The notes: generated by a model not told the origin, from the sequence alone. A stretch of 48,091 nt of DNA from Candidatus Deferrimicrobiaceae bacterium (GCA_049578085.1 JBAULH010000008.1:1-48091); one strand, 5' to 3'; counted from the first letter of the stretch, positions 33,046 to 42,995 are shown. A program made the numbers and translations.

Positions 33046-33624
33046 TCACCCCGTTTTCCCTTCCGACAGGATCCACTCCGCCGCCTCCCGAATGCTGGGG
33101 AGGAAGGCGTCCGGCCCAAGGCCACGCCGTTTCCCCTCCCTGTGCTCCGATATCCCGTATCCTGTCGCCACAAGTATGGTTTTCGCCCGCAGGTTGCGCC
33201 CCATCAGCACATCGGTCATTTTATCACCGACGATCCACATCGTATACGAAGCCGATTTCGTAAGCCGCGCCAGCACCTTCTCCGCCATTCCGGGAGATGG
33301 TTTTCGGCACCCGCATACGGCGCGGTACTCCTCCACCGATCCGTCCGGGTGATGGGGGCAGTATTCCACGGCAGCAAATTCGACACCCTTCGCGCGGAAA
33401 AGGGCGACGAACGCCCGGTGCACCTCTTCCCCCTGCTCTTTCCCGAATTTTCCTTTCGCCAGGCCCGCCTGATTGGAGACGACCGCAAGGGCGTATCCAT
33501 TCGCCGAAAGGCGCAGAAGCGACTCCGCCGCCCCGGGGATCTCCCGTATTTTCCGCGGATCGGACAGATACCCCACGTCCTCGATCAGCGTGCCGTCCCG
33601 GTCGAGAAACACAACCCCCTTCAT
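33046..33624 (-). CDS. gmhB: D-glycero-D-manno-heptose 1,7-bisphosphate phosphatase (HAD-IIIA)
   Basis: 192 aa with FLDRDGTL, VSNQAGLAKG, the zinc motif YCPHHP...CGCRKP, and GDKMTD. Confidence 0.88.
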   Translation of the reverse strand: MKGVVFLDRDGTLIEDVGYLSDPRKIREIPGAAESLLRLSANGYALAVVSNQAGLAKGKFGKEQGEEVHRAFVALFRAKGVEFAAVEYCPHHPDGSVEEYRAVCGCRKPSPGMAEKVLARLTKSASYTMWIVGDKMTDVLMGRNLRAKTILVATGYGISEHREGKRRGLGPDAFLPSIREAAEWILSEGKTG

Positions 33625-34526
33625 TGGGCCTCCCGATACAGGTCAGGCTCTCCCGGCGGCCTCGTCTTCCACCTCCGATGGAGCCAGAGCCACTGCGCGG
33701 GGGCTTCCCGGATCGCTTTCTCCAGCTCCTCGTTGCACCGGCGCGTAAGGCGGAGCACCTCCTCCTCCCGCGGCGCTTCCGGATCCATCGGAACCGCTGG
33801 CCCGAATCGCAAGGTATGATGGAACTTCCTCTCCGGATTCCGGAAGATGAACCCCGGGTGGACGTTCGTGCGGAGCGCGAGGGCCATCCGGGCGATCCCG
33901 TCGGAGGTATACGCTTTCTTTGTGAAGAACTCGACGAGCACCCCCTTGTGCCTGTCCACATTCTGATCGATCAGGATCCCGACCATCGTTCCGCGCCGGA
34001 CCTCCCGCATCACCGCTTTCGCGGAGTCGAATTTCCGGATCAAACGGTTTCCGACGCACTCCCTCCGCTCCGCCACGATCCGATCCCAGGCCGGGTCATC
34101 CAGCGGCCGGACGATGAACGCCACGGGGGCGATCGCCGTACCGTACGCGTGCGAGGCGAGCTCCCAGTTCCCGAAATGCGCCGTCATCGCAAGCACCCCC
34201 AGGCCCCGTTCCTGCTCGCTTCGCCGGAGATGTTCGACCCCCTCGATGCGAACGTGCTCCTCGATGTATTTCCTGTCCATCTTCGGTAGGTGAACAAACT
34301 CGGCCGCTGCCGTCCCCATCCTCTGGAAGCAGAGACGAACGATCCGTGCCGCTTCCCTGTCCTCCATTTCGGGAAAGGCGATTCGCAGGTTTATTCGACC
34401 TATTTTCCGGTGCCTTGCATCCAGGGCCCAGATCAAAAGCATCACCATTTCGAACAAAACCGCCCGTATCGGCAAGGGAATTATCCCCGCCAGCCGGAGG
34501 GCCGCCCGGTATGCCTTTTCCCTCAC
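33621..34526 (-). CDS. lipid A late acyltransferase family protein (LpxL/HtrB-like, COG1560)
   Basis: Motifs present: INLRIAFPE and AMTAHFGNWELASH (the HX4E/D-type motif). I prefer the GTG at 34526-34524, which overlaps the lpxK TGA as GTGA with GGGGGGA upstream. The track start at 34580 overlaps lpxK by 58 nt. Confidence 0.8.
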   Translation of the reverse strand: MREKAYRAALRLAGIIPLPIRAVLFEMVMLLIWALDARHRKIGRINLRIAFPEMEDREAARIVRLCFQRMGTAAAEFVHLPKMDRKYIEEHVRIEGVEHLRRSEQERGLGVLAMTAHFGNWELASHAYGTAIAPVAFIVRPLDDPAWDRIVAERRECVGNRLIRKFDSAKAVMREVRRGTMVGILIDQNVDRHKGVLVEFFTKKAYTSDGIARMALALRTNVHPGFIFRNPERKFHHTLRFGPAVPMDPEAPREEEVLRLTRRCNEELEKAIREAPAQWLWLHRRWKTRPPGEPDLYREAQ

Positions 34527-35533
34527 TGTTCCCCCCGCCGGCCGATCCGTTCCAGTACGAGTCGGGAGAGTTCTTCCCATCCGGAAAGAAACTCCACACC
34601 CACCCGGAGGGCATCAACGGGAAACGGCACCTCCGCCGGAAGCCGGACCATGTCTTTTTCCGTGGTGACGACAGGCAGTCCGGCGGCGGCGTTTCGGATC
34701 TTTTCCAGATCGGCCGGGCGGTACCAGTGGTGGTCCCGGAATCCGATAAAGGTCTGCACCACGAAGCCGGATGCCTGGAGGATCTCCTCGAACTGGTTAT
34801 TGTGTGCGATACCCGAAAAGGCCGCGATCTCCTTTCCCACCAGTGGGAGCCCACTCTCCCCGCCGTCTCTGTCGACGAGGGCGCGCGGAACGATCCGGGA
34901 GAAGGCCACGGGTCTTTCCGGGGGAAACGGTACGGCGCCGACCGCCTCCCTGCCGTGGTCGGCGGTTTCGCAACGGGTGACGATGAGGGCGTCCGCGAAG
35001 CGGGCGTGGTCCGGCGGTTCCCGGAGCGGACCGAACGGCAGGGTCCGCCCGTTCCCCAGCCCCCCCCCTGCATCGACCAGGAGAATATCGGCGTCCCGCC
35101 GCAGGGAGAGGTGCTGGAACCCGTCGTCGAGAAGGAACGCATCGACCTCGAGGACCCGCAGGCATTCCGTTCCCGCGGCGAAGCGGGATTCCCCGACGAC
35201 CACGGGTATGCCAGGGAGGGTCGACGCGAGAAATGCCGGTTCATCCCCCACCCGTTCCGCCTCGGCACCCACGCGAGCGCCGCCCGGTTCGCCCCCCTGT
35301 TTCCGGGAGGCCCACAGGACGCCCCCGGTCTTCCGCCCGTAGCCGCGGCTAAGAATCGCGACCCGCACCCCCTGGCCGGAAAGCCACCCGGCGAGAAACT
35401 GGACGTGGGGCGTCTTCCCCGAACCGCCCGCCGTCAGGTTTCCCACGCTCACCACCGGACGGGGGAGGGAACAGGACCGAAGAATCCCCGCGCCGTAGAG
35501 GCGCCTCCTCCCCCTGGCGATCACCCCCATCAT
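34523..35533 (-). CDS. lpxK: tetraacyldisaccharide 4'-kinase
   Basis: Motifs present: VVSVGNLTAGGSGKTP (P-loop), ILSRGYG and LLDDGFQH. The ATG at 35533-35531 overlaps the waaA TGA as ATGA. Confidence 0.9.
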   Translation of the reverse strand: MMGVIARGRRRLYGAGILRSCSLPRPVVSVGNLTAGGSGKTPHVQFLAGWLSGQGVRVAILSRGYGRKTGGVLWASRKQGGEPGGARVGAEAERVGDEPAFLASTLPGIPVVVGESRFAAGTECLRVLEVDAFLLDDGFQHLSLRRDADILLVDAGGGLGNGRTLPFGPLREPPDHARFADALIVTRCETADHGREAVGAVPFPPERPVAFSRIVPRALVDRDGGESGLPLVGKEIAAFSGIAHNNQFEEILQASGFVVQTFIGFRDHHWYRPADLEKIRNAAAGLPVVTTEKDMVRLPAEVPFPVDALRVGVEFLSGWEELSRLVLERIGRRGEQ

Positions 35534-36831
35534 GGCGCTACCCCCACGCGCCGGGACAGTCCGCCGGCGACCAGCGCGGCGTTTCTGCCGGTGGCGCCGC
35601 GCAGCGTTTCCAGAAGGCGTTTCGCGCGCCCCCCCATCTCCGCAAACGGGGCGGGATCGGCCGCCCACTCCTTAAGCCTCCGGCAAAGGTCGGTCTCGTC
35701 CCGCACCGTCATCACCGCATCCCCCCGGGTGAACAGGTCGGTGATTTCCCGGAAATTCCCCATGTGGGGCCCCGTGACGGCAGGGACCCCGAACAGGGCG
35801 GGCTCGAGAATGTTGTGCCCCCCCATCCGGGCAAGGCTGCCTCCCACGAAAGCGATGCCCGCTGCTGCGTACGCGGCCAGCAGTTCCCCGACAGTGTCCA
35901 GAACGACGACCGGAGAGGAGTTCTCTTTTTCCTCCCCGGAAGCGATTCGCGACTTTCGCGCAACTTCCCAGCCCCGCCGCTCGCAAAGCTCCACCACGGC
36001 GTCGAACCTCTCGGGGTGCCGGGGAGCGAGCAGGAGGCGGGCCGAGCGGTTGACCGAACGTGCAGCCGTGAACGCGGAAAGCACCGCATCCTCCTCTCCC
36101 TCGTGTGTCGACCCTGCGACGATCCATGCGGTCCCCTTGTCTTTCTCGCCTTGCAGCCAGGAAAGAAAAGGCGAATCGAAGTCCGGGGAAAACGACACGT
36201 CAAATTTCATGTTTCCCGTGACCGTAACCTTCTCCGGATCGACGCCGAGGGCGATCATCCTGCGGGCATCCTCTTCCGTCTGCATGGCGACGGCGGTAAC
36301 GCATGCAAGGACTCCTGCGAAAAAGAAACGCACCCGTCCGTACCCACGAAACGAGCGTTCCGAGATCCTCCCGTTCAGGATGACCACGGGAATCCCCCGC
36401 TTCGCGCACTCTCCGAGGAAGTTCGGCCAGATCTCCGTCTCGAGGATCGCCACGACGTCCGGCCCGATCCGGTCGAGGAATTTCCCGGTAATGCGGGGGA
36501 GGTCGAAGGGGAAAAAAAACGTCTTCTCGACGAGGCCGGCAAGCGCTTTTCCTGCCACTTCCTGCCCGGTAATCGTTACCGTCGAGAAGAAGAGTTCCGT
36601 GGAGGGAATCGTTTCCCCGAGCAACCGGACAAGGGGGACCGCCGAGAGGGTCTCCCCCACCGAGACCGCATGGATCCAGATCCGACTCCTTTCCCCGGGA
36701 GGGGGGATACGGTCGAGGGAAATCCCGAGACGGGCCGTAAAATTCTTCCTTCGCTTCCCGGAGAGGATCATCCAGGGGATCCACGCGGGCGCGGTAAGGA
36801 CCAGGGCGCACTTGAGGGCCAGGTTGTACAT
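35530..36831 (-). CDS. waaA: 3-deoxy-D-manno-octulosonic acid (Kdo) transferase
   Basis: I chose the start at ATG 36831 (MYNLALKCALVLTAPAWIPW...). Motifs present: IWIHAVSVGE and GGSL...GGHNILEPA. Confidence 0.9.
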   Translation of the reverse strand: MYNLALKCALVLTAPAWIPWMILSGKRRKNFTARLGISLDRIPPPGERSRIWIHAVSVGETLSAVPLVRLLGETIPSTELFFSTVTITGQEVAGKALAGLVEKTFFFPFDLPRITGKFLDRIGPDVVAILETEIWPNFLGECAKRGIPVVILNGRISERSFRGYGRVRFFFAGVLACVTAVAMQTEEDARRMIALGVDPEKVTVTGNMKFDVSFSPDFDSPFLSWLQGEKDKGTAWIVAGSTHEGEEDAVLSAFTAARSVNRSARLLLAPRHPERFDAVVELCERRGWEVARKSRIASGEEKENSSPVVVLDTVGELLAAYAAAGIAFVGGSLARMGGHNILEPALFGVPAVTGPHMGNFREITDLFTRGDAVMTVRDETDLCRRLKEWAADPAPFAEMGGRAKRLLETLRGATGRNAALVAGGLSRRVGVAP

Positions 36832-36874
36832 GAGGTGCGCCTGGCTGCCCGGGAGGAACCGTTTCCCCTTCCCT

Positions 36875-38635
36875 TCAGTTGCTGCCAGGCCGGGCTTCCC
36901 CACCAGACTTCCTCTCCTCGAACTGCTTCAGATAGAACGAGCGGTAACGCGACTCCCGCGCCAGGAGCTCCCCGTGCCCCCCGCTCTCGATGATTCGCCC
37001 CTCCTCGACCACCAGGATCACGTCGGCGTTGCGGACCGTGGAGAGCCGGTGGGCGATCACGAAGGTGGTCCTTCCCCGCATGAGGTGCTCGAGCGCCTCC
37101 TGGACCACGTTTTCCGAATCGGTGTCGAGGGCCGAGGTCGCCTCGTCCAGGATCAGGATCGGGGCGTCCTTGAGGATCGCCCGGGCGATGGCGACGCGCT
37201 GCCTTTCCCCGCCGGACAGTTTCAGTCCCTGTTCGCCGATGACCGTCTCGTACCCCTGCGGCATCCGGGAGAGAAATCCGTGCGCGTTCGCCCTGCGCGC
37301 CGCCTCCTCGATTTTCTCCATCAGCGCGTCCGGCATCCCGTAGGCGATGTTGTTACGAACGGTATCGTTGAACAGGATCGTGTGCTGACTGACGATCCCG
37401 ATCCGGGAGCGCAGCGAGGCAAGGGATACGTCCCGGATGTCCGTGCCGTCGATCCGGATCGCCCCGTTTTCGGGATCGTAGAACCGGGGCAGCAGATCGA
37501 CGAGCGTGGTCTTGCCGGCCCCGCTCGAGCCCACGATGGCCACCAGCGTGCCGGGAGGAACCCGGAAGGAGATGTCCTTCAGGATGTACTCCCCTTGCTC
37601 GGAATACCGGAAATCGACGTGATCGAACTCGATTCCCTTTTCGATTCCCGCCAGGTCCGGCGCATCTTTTTTCTCCCTGACATCGGGCAGCGTGTCCAGG
37701 ACTTCGAATACCCGGCTGGCGGCGGCGATCCCCTGCTGAATCACGTTGTTGATCCGGGACAGGCTCTTGACGGGCTCGTAGAGCATGAAAAGAGCGGTCA
37801 GGAAGGAGAAGAAGTTCCCCGGCGTGCTCTGGCCGTTCACGACGCTGTACCCGCCGTAGAAGATGACCGCCGCGGCGCCCACCCCCGCGAACATCTCCGA
37901 GAGGGGGGAGGTCATCGCCTGGACCTTCACCACCTTCATGCTCAGGCGGAACAGCTTGTCGTTGCGGGTTGCGAACCGGTCCACCTCATACTCCTCGGCT
38001 CCGAAGGACTTCACGAGTTTCGCGCCGCTGATCGTTTCCTGCAGGTGAGAGGTCAGCCCCCCCGTTACCTCCTGGGTCCGGATGCTCGTCCTTCGGAGCT
38101 TCCGGCCGAAGCGAGCGATAGGCCAGAAAGCGAGGGGAAACGCCACGAGGGCGACCAGGGCCAGTTTCCAGTCACGGTAAAAATTGACTCCCACGAGGAA
38201 GAGCGCGGAAAATACGTCCTTGATGAGTCCCGTGACCGCCTCCGTCACGGCCCCCTGCATGAGCCCGACGTCGTTGGTAACCCGGGACATCAGCACGCCG
38301 GTGGGATGCTTCATGTAGAAGGAGAGGGAAAGGGACTGCATGTGGCGGTAGAGGTGGTCGCGGATGTCCCGGATAACCCGCTGGCCGACCCCGCTCATCA
38401 GATAGCTCTGGGCGAACTCGCATACACCCTTGGTCAGGTAGACCCCCAGGACGAGCAGGGGGATGATGGCGAGCCGGGTGGCGTCCTTGTTGATGAAGAT
38501 ATCGTCCAGCGCGGGCTTTACGAGAAAGGCGATCGCGCCCCGGAAGGAGGACACGATGACCATGAACACCATCGCGAGCACGAGCCGCGGCATGTACGGA
38601 CGGACATAGGCGAGCATGCGCCGGTAGACCGTCAT
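36875..38635 (-). CDS. msbA: lipid A export ABC transporter permease/ATPase
   Basis: 586 aa from the ATG at 38635-38633, which overlaps the lpxB TGA as ATGA. It has six TM helices followed by an NBD (GSSGAGKTT, LSGGERQR, ILILDEATSALD). The 844-aa track ORF is a spurious extension. Confidence 0.9.
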   Translation of the reverse strand: MTVYRRMLAYVRPYMPRLVLAMVFMVIVSSFRGAIAFLVKPALDDIFINKDATRLAIIPLLVLGVYLTKGVCEFAQSYLMSGVGQRVIRDIRDHLYRHMQSLSLSFYMKHPTGVLMSRVTNDVGLMQGAVTEAVTGLIKDVFSALFLVGVNFYRDWKLALVALVAFPLAFWPIARFGRKLRRTSIRTQEVTGGLTSHLQETISGAKLVKSFGAEEYEVDRFATRNDKLFRLSMKVVKVQAMTSPLSEMFAGVGAAAVIFYGGYSVVNGQSTPGNFFSFLTALFMLYEPVKSLSRINNVIQQGIAAASRVFEVLDTLPDVREKKDAPDLAGIEKGIEFDHVDFRYSEQGEYILKDISFRVPPGTLVAIVGSSGAGKTTLVDLLPRFYDPENGAIRIDGTDIRDVSLASLRSRIGIVSQHTILFNDTVRNNIAYGMPDALMEKIEEAARRANAHGFLSRMPQGYETVIGEQGLKLSGGERQRVAIARAILKDAPILILDEATSALDTDSENVVQEALEHLMRGRTTFVIAHRLSTVRNADVILVVEEGRIIESGGHGELLARESRYRSFYLKQFEERKSGGEARPGSN

Positions 38636-39786
38636 CCCCATACCGCACCCGTCTCCTGCGCAAGCATCTCCACCACCGCCTCCGACGGGCCCGTCCCGGC
38701 CAGGACTCCCCGCAGGGTCCGACACGTCTCCGCCAGTTCCTCCCGCCTTCTGTCGTCGGTCAGCAGGTCCCCCATCTCCCGGGCCATGGTGTCGGGGGTG
38801 CACTCGTCCTGGATCAGCTCCGGCAGGAATTTCCGCCCCGCCACGATGTTGGGCAGACCGATGTTCGTGACCAACGCCAGCTTCTTGCCGATCCGGTAGG
38901 TAACCGGTGATGTCCGGTAGATGATCACGGGCGGAACCCCGAGCAACGCCAGTTCGAGGGTCGCCGTCCCGGAGGCGGACAAGGCAGCCGTCATCGTCCG
39001 GAAAAGAACATACCGGTCGTTTTCCACTATTGTCAGAGGGAGGTCGCTTCCCGTCAACCGGGCCAGGATCGCCTCCCGGAATCCCGGCGCAGCCAGCGGG
39101 ACGACGAAGTGCGTATCGGGAAAACGCCCCGCGATTCTCCGCGCCGCCTCGACCATCGCGGGGAAGTGCGAGCGAATCTCCCCCGGGCGGCTGCCGGGCA
39201 GAAGACCCACGATCCTCTTCCCCTCCGGGATCCCGAATCTTCCCGGGTCCGGGGGGACATCGAGATAGGGGGCAAGTTCGTCGAGCAGGGGATGACCGGC
39301 GAATCGCACGTTCACGCCTTTTTCCTTGAGAAACGGTTCCTCGAAAGGAAAGGGAACGACCACGCCCCTGGTGAACCGCGCCAGCTCCCGGGCACGATTC
39401 TCCCTCCACGCCCAGAGCTGCGGGGGAATATAATAGATCACGGGGATCCCCCTGGCGTTCGCCTTTTTCCCTACCCGGAAATTGAACTCGGGAAAGTCGA
39501 CGAGAAGCAGCGCCCCCACATCGGCCCTCGTCACCCTCCGCACAGCGGCGCGCAGCGCCCGGAATATCCCGGGCAGGCGGCGAATCACCTCCGTGATCCC
39601 GACCACGGAGATGTCCCCGTAATCCAGAAGGATGGCCACCCCTTCCCTCGCCAGGCGATCGCTCCCGATCCCCTCCATCGGAGCACCGGGAAACCTTTTC
39701 CGGAATGCGCGGGCGACCCGCACCGCATACGTCTCCCCGGAGGGCTCCCCGCAGAGAATAAACAGGGTCTTCGCCGGCTGCTTCAA
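38632..39786 (-). CDS. lpxB: lipid-A-disaccharide synthase
   Basis: Motifs present: LFILCGEPSGE, LLLVDFPEFNF, VIYYIPPQLWAWR and SGTATLE. No in-frame ATG lies near the conserved N-terminus. The TTG at 39786-39784 overlaps the upstream TGA as TTGA. Confidence 0.85.
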   Translation of the reverse strand: MKQPAKTLFILCGEPSGETYAVRVARAFRKRFPGAPMEGIGSDRLAREGVAILLDYGDISVVGITEVIRRLPGIFRALRAAVRRVTRADVGALLLVDFPEFNFRVGKKANARGIPVIYYIPPQLWAWRENRARELARFTRGVVVPFPFEEPFLKEKGVNVRFAGHPLLDELAPYLDVPPDPGRFGIPEGKRIVGLLPGSRPGEIRSHFPAMVEAARRIAGRFPDTHFVVPLAAPGFREAILARLTGSDLPLTIVENDRYVLFRTMTAALSASGTATLELALLGVPPVIIYRTSPVTYRIGKKLALVTNIGLPNIVAGRKFLPELIQDECTPDTMAREMGDLLTDDRRREELAETCRTLRGVLAGTGPSEAVVEMLAQETGAVWG

Positions 39787-40715
39787 CAGGTCTTCATCTT
39801 CCGAAGGATACGGAAGGCGACCTCGAGAGCGGCGAGCCCGTCGGCGCCGGAAACGCGGGGGGCGGCCCCTGTCCTTGCGCAATCGACAAAGGAACGGATC
39901 TCGTCCCGCAGGACGTCCCCCTTTTCCGTTTCGAGCAGTTCCCCCGTGATTTCCGCCGTACCCCCCTGCCCCTGAGGGAAGATCCGTCTGTAAATCTGGA
40001 TGGTGTGCTCCACGAAGTCCATCGCCAGATAGGCGTCTTCCTGGAAAATCCGGATCTTTCGCTGCTTGCGTGCGGATACCCTGCTTGCCGTCACGTTGGC
40101 CACGCATCCGTTGGCGAAGGAAAGCCTTGCGTTCGCGATGTCTATATTCGGGGAGATCACCGGAACACCTACGGCTTGGATCCGGGCGACAGGCGATCGA
40201 ACGAAGGACAAAATGAGATCGATGTCGTGGATCATCAGGTCGAGCACCACGTCCACGTCCGTCCCGCGCCCCCCGAATATGCCGAGCCGATGGCATTCGA
40301 CGAACCTCGGCTCCTTCAACACGGATGCGGCGGAAATGACCGCGGGATTGAACCGCTCCAGGTGGCCGATTTGAAAGACCTGTCGACGCGCGGCGGCTTC
40401 CCGGACCAGAGCTCGCCCTTCCCGGACGGTCGCCGCAATAGGCTTCTCGAGGAGAACGTGGACCCCTGCCCGGATCGCCTCCATGGCCACCCGGAAATGA
40501 GCGCTCGTGGGGACCGCGATGGAGACCGCGTCGACCTCCCGCAACAGCTTCCGGGTATCCGTCCGGAAGGATGTCCCGAACTCCTCGGCGACCGCCTTCC
40601 CCCGCTCCGGATCGGCGTCGCAGACACCGACAAGGACAACGTCGTCGAACGAAGCCATCTTCTGGGCGTGGAGCCTCCCGAGGTATCCGACACCGATGAC
40701 ACCAACCCGCAGCAT
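39783..40715 (-). CDS. Gfo/Idh/MocA-family NAD(P)-dependent oxidoreductase (GnnA-like by position)
   Basis: 310 aa with a Rossmann N-terminus (MLRVGVIGVGYLGRLHA) and the EKP motif (LLEKPIA). It sits between lpxA and lpxB. Confidence 0.85.
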   Translation of the reverse strand: MLRVGVIGVGYLGRLHAQKMASFDDVVLVGVCDADPERGKAVAEEFGTSFRTDTRKLLREVDAVSIAVPTSAHFRVAMEAIRAGVHVLLEKPIAATVREGRALVREAAARRQVFQIGHLERFNPAVISAASVLKEPRFVECHRLGIFGGRGTDVDVVLDLMIHDIDLILSFVRSPVARIQAVGVPVISPNIDIANARLSFANGCVANVTASRVSARKQRKIRIFQEDAYLAMDFVEHTIQIYRRIFPQGQGGTAEITGELLETEKGDVLRDEIRSFVDCARTGAAPRVSGADGLAALEVAFRILRKMKTC

Positions 40716-40718
40716 GCC

Positions 40719-41501
40719 CTACCTTTGCACTCCCCGCTTGCTGGATCGGATGAAATCCAGGAGATGCCGGACTTCGGGAAGGGGCGCCGTGTCCTCTTCC
40801 GCCCGGGCGAGCGCCTTCTGCATGGGAAGACCCGAGCGGAAAAGAATACGGTACGCCTTCTTCAGTTCCGCGATCGTCTCCTCCGAAAAACGGTTCCTGC
40901 GGAGCCCGATGAGATTCAGCCCGTACAGCCCTCGCCCTTTTTGTCCCCGCCCCACCACCGCCGTCACGTACGGAGGGATGTCGAGGGGGAGGCCCGACAG
41001 CGCGCCGACCATTGCGAAGGACCCGATGCGGACGAATTGATGAACGCCCACGAGACCGCCGATGATCGCCTTCGCTCCGATCTCCACGTGCCCGCCCAAC
41101 GTGGCTGCGTTGGCAACGATCACGCCGTTGCCGACGTGGCAGTCATGGGCGACGTGGCAGTAGGCCATGAGGAGAACGCCGTTTCCGACACGCGTCTCCC
41201 CCCCCCCGGCGGCGGTCGCCCGGTTCACCGTGACGTACTCCCGGATGGTGCATCCCTCGCCGATTTCCACCCAGGTCTCCTCCCCCGCGAACTTCAAATC
41301 CTGGGGCGGCGCGCCTATCGACACGAAGGAGGATACGCGGGTGCCCTTTCCGATCTTGACGTGGGATTCGATGACCGCGTGCGACCCGATCCGGCACCCG
41401 TCACCCAACGTCACCCGGGGCCCGACCATGGCGTAGGCGCCCACCTCCACGCCTTCCCCGAGCGAGGCGCCGGGATCGACGATCGCCGTCGGATGAATCA
41501 T
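40719..41501 (-). CDS. lpxA: acyl-ACP--UDP-N-acetylglucosamine O-acyltransferase
   Basis: It starts MIHPTAIVDPGA, has hexapeptide repeats and a C-terminal helical domain. The ATG at 41501-41499 overlaps the fabZ TGA as ATGA. Confidence 0.92.
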   Translation of the reverse strand: MIHPTAIVDPGASLGEGVEVGAYAMVGPRVTLGDGCRIGSHAVIESHVKIGKGTRVSSFVSIGAPPQDLKFAGEETWVEIGEGCTIREYVTVNRATAAGGGETRVGNGVLLMAYCHVAHDCHVGNGVIVANAATLGGHVEIGAKAIIGGLVGVHQFVRIGSFAMVGALSGLPLDIPPYVTAVVGRGQKGRGLYGLNLIGLRRNRFSEETIAELKKAYRILFRSGLPMQKALARAEEDTAPLPEVRHLLDFIRSSKRGVQR

Positions 41502-41959
41502 CGCGGCGCTCCTTCGTCGTTTCCTTCGACCTGCCGATCGATCAGGGATGCAGTCAGGTCGGCCTGCGCCGCGAGGACACCGTCCACCGAGGCTTCGCTG
41601 CGGACCTTCCATACCGGCCCTTTATGCCCAGTCACGTTGCACTCGAGGCGTATCTGGTCGCCGGGGAGAACGGGCCGGCGGAATTTGCAATTGTCGATGC
41701 CGGCGAAGAGGGCGATTTTCCTTTTTTCGCCCATCGCCTTGAGGGCGAGAATTCCGCCTACCTGCGCCAATGCCTCGATGATGAGCACACCGGGCATGAT
41801 GGGGTACTCGGGGAAGTGCCCCACGAAGAAAGGCTCGTTGATCGTGACGTTCTTGAGTCCGACAATGCGCCGGCCCGGATCGAATTCGACGATGCGGTCC
41901 ACGAGAAGAAAGGGATACCGGTGGGGCAACAATCTCATGATTTCCCGTATATCGAACAT
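41498..41959 (-). CDS. fabZ: 3-hydroxyacyl-ACP dehydratase
   Basis: 153 aa with LPHRYPFLLVDR and FFVGHFPEYPIMPGVLIIEALAQ. Confidence 0.95.
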   Translation of the reverse strand: MFDIREIMRLLPHRYPFLLVDRIVEFDPGRRIVGLKNVTINEPFFVGHFPEYPIMPGVLIIEALAQVGGILALKAMGEKRKIALFAGIDNCKFRRPVLPGDQIRLECNVTGHKGPVWKVRSEASVDGVLAAQADLTASLIDRQVEGNDEGAPR

Positions 41960-41960
41960 G

Positions 41961-42995
41961 CTACGTTTCCCCTTTCGGTTTTTTTCCTTCTTCGAGCCGT
42001 TTCACGCGGCGGAAAAGCTCCGGCAACTTCGGCAGCAGGATCGACATCCGGAGCCAGGTGGGATGCGGCATCGCCGGTATTCCCGACCATACCCGGGAAA
42101 CCGAGGCGCGCAGTGAATCGGGTACGCCGCACTTCGCCCCCAGCATCATGCCGTCCTCCACTTCGAGATGCCCCGCGAGCCCCGCCTGTCCTCCGATCAT
42201 GACGCGGCTGCCGATCCTCGTGCTCCCGGAGATCCCGGCCTGCGCCGCAATGGCCGTGCCGCTGCCGATAACCACGTTGTGCGCGACCTGGACGAGGTTG
42301 TCCAGCTTGGTCCCCCGACAGATCCGGGTGACGCCCAGCGTCGCCCTGTCGATGGTCGTGTTCGCCCCGATCTCCACATCGTCCTCGATCTCGACGGTTC
42401 CCACCTGGGGGATCTTCCGGAACCCTTCGGCCGTCGGGGCGAATCCGAAGCCGTCGCTTCCGATGACGCACCCCGCGTGCAGGATCACGCGGGCACCCAC
42501 CTTGACGCCGTGGTAGAGCACGACGTTGGGATATACGAGGCAGTCCGGTCCGATGCTCACCCCTTTCCCCACGCACACGCCGGGAAACAGGATGGTGCGG
42601 GCACCCACCTCGGCGCCTTCCCCGATGGCCACGAACGGCGATACGGTTACGTCTGTCCCGAGGCGGGAGGACGGGGCGACGGCCGCCCTGTCCGATATCC
42701 CGGGGGCAAGACGTGCCGAAGGATGGAACGTCTCGACGGCGCACGCGAAAGCGAAGTACGGGTTGTCGGAAACAAGGAACGCCGCCTGCGCCCCGGGGAC
42801 GGGTTCCCTCGCGATGATCGCCGAGGCGCTCGAATCCTTGGCGAAGCGGAGATACTTCGGGTTCGCGAGAAATGTCACCTGCCCCGGCCCCGCTACCTCG
42901 ATCGGGGCGATGCCGGAAACCACGACATCTCCCCCGCCGACCACCACTGCTCCGATCCGGGCCGCGAGGTCGGAAAGGCGGAACTCATTTCCCAC
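41961..42995 (-). CDS. lpxD: UDP-3-O-acylglucosamine N-acyltransferase
   Basis: 344 aa with a GTG start. It has the N-terminal LpxD domain ([12 protein letters not shown]) and a left-handed beta-helix of hexapeptide repeats. Confidence 0.92.
   Translation of the reverse strand: MGNEFRLSDLAARIGAVVVGGGDVVVSGIAPIEVAGPGQVTFLANPKYLRFAKDSSASAIIAREPVPGAQAAFLVSDNPYFAFACAVETFHPSARLAPGISDRAAVAPSSRLGTDVTVSPFVAIGEGAEVGARTILFPGVCVGKGVSIGPDCLVYPNVVLYHGVKVGARVILHAGCVIGSDGFGFAPTAEGFRKIPQVGTVEIEDDVEIGANTTIDRATLGVTRICRGTKLDNLVQVAHNVVIGSGTAIAAQAGISGSTRIGSRVMIGGQAGLAGHLEVEDGMMLGAKCGVPDSLRASVSRVWSGIPAMPHPTWLRMSILLPKLPELFRRVKRLEEGKKPKGET

Noticed and set aside
34346-38899. A 1517-aa plus-strand ORF, the longest in the window.
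   Set aside because: It runs antisense to lpxK, waaA and msbA, which have unmistakable motifs. Its translation is low-complexity Arg/Pro/Gly/His-rich with no recognisable domain. This is a typical GC-driven shadow ORF with rare stops in the antisense frame.
40005-42116. A 703-aa plus-strand ORF.
   Set aside because: It runs antisense to the oxidoreductase, lpxA, fabZ and lpxD. It has the same low-complexity composition as the other shadow ORFs.
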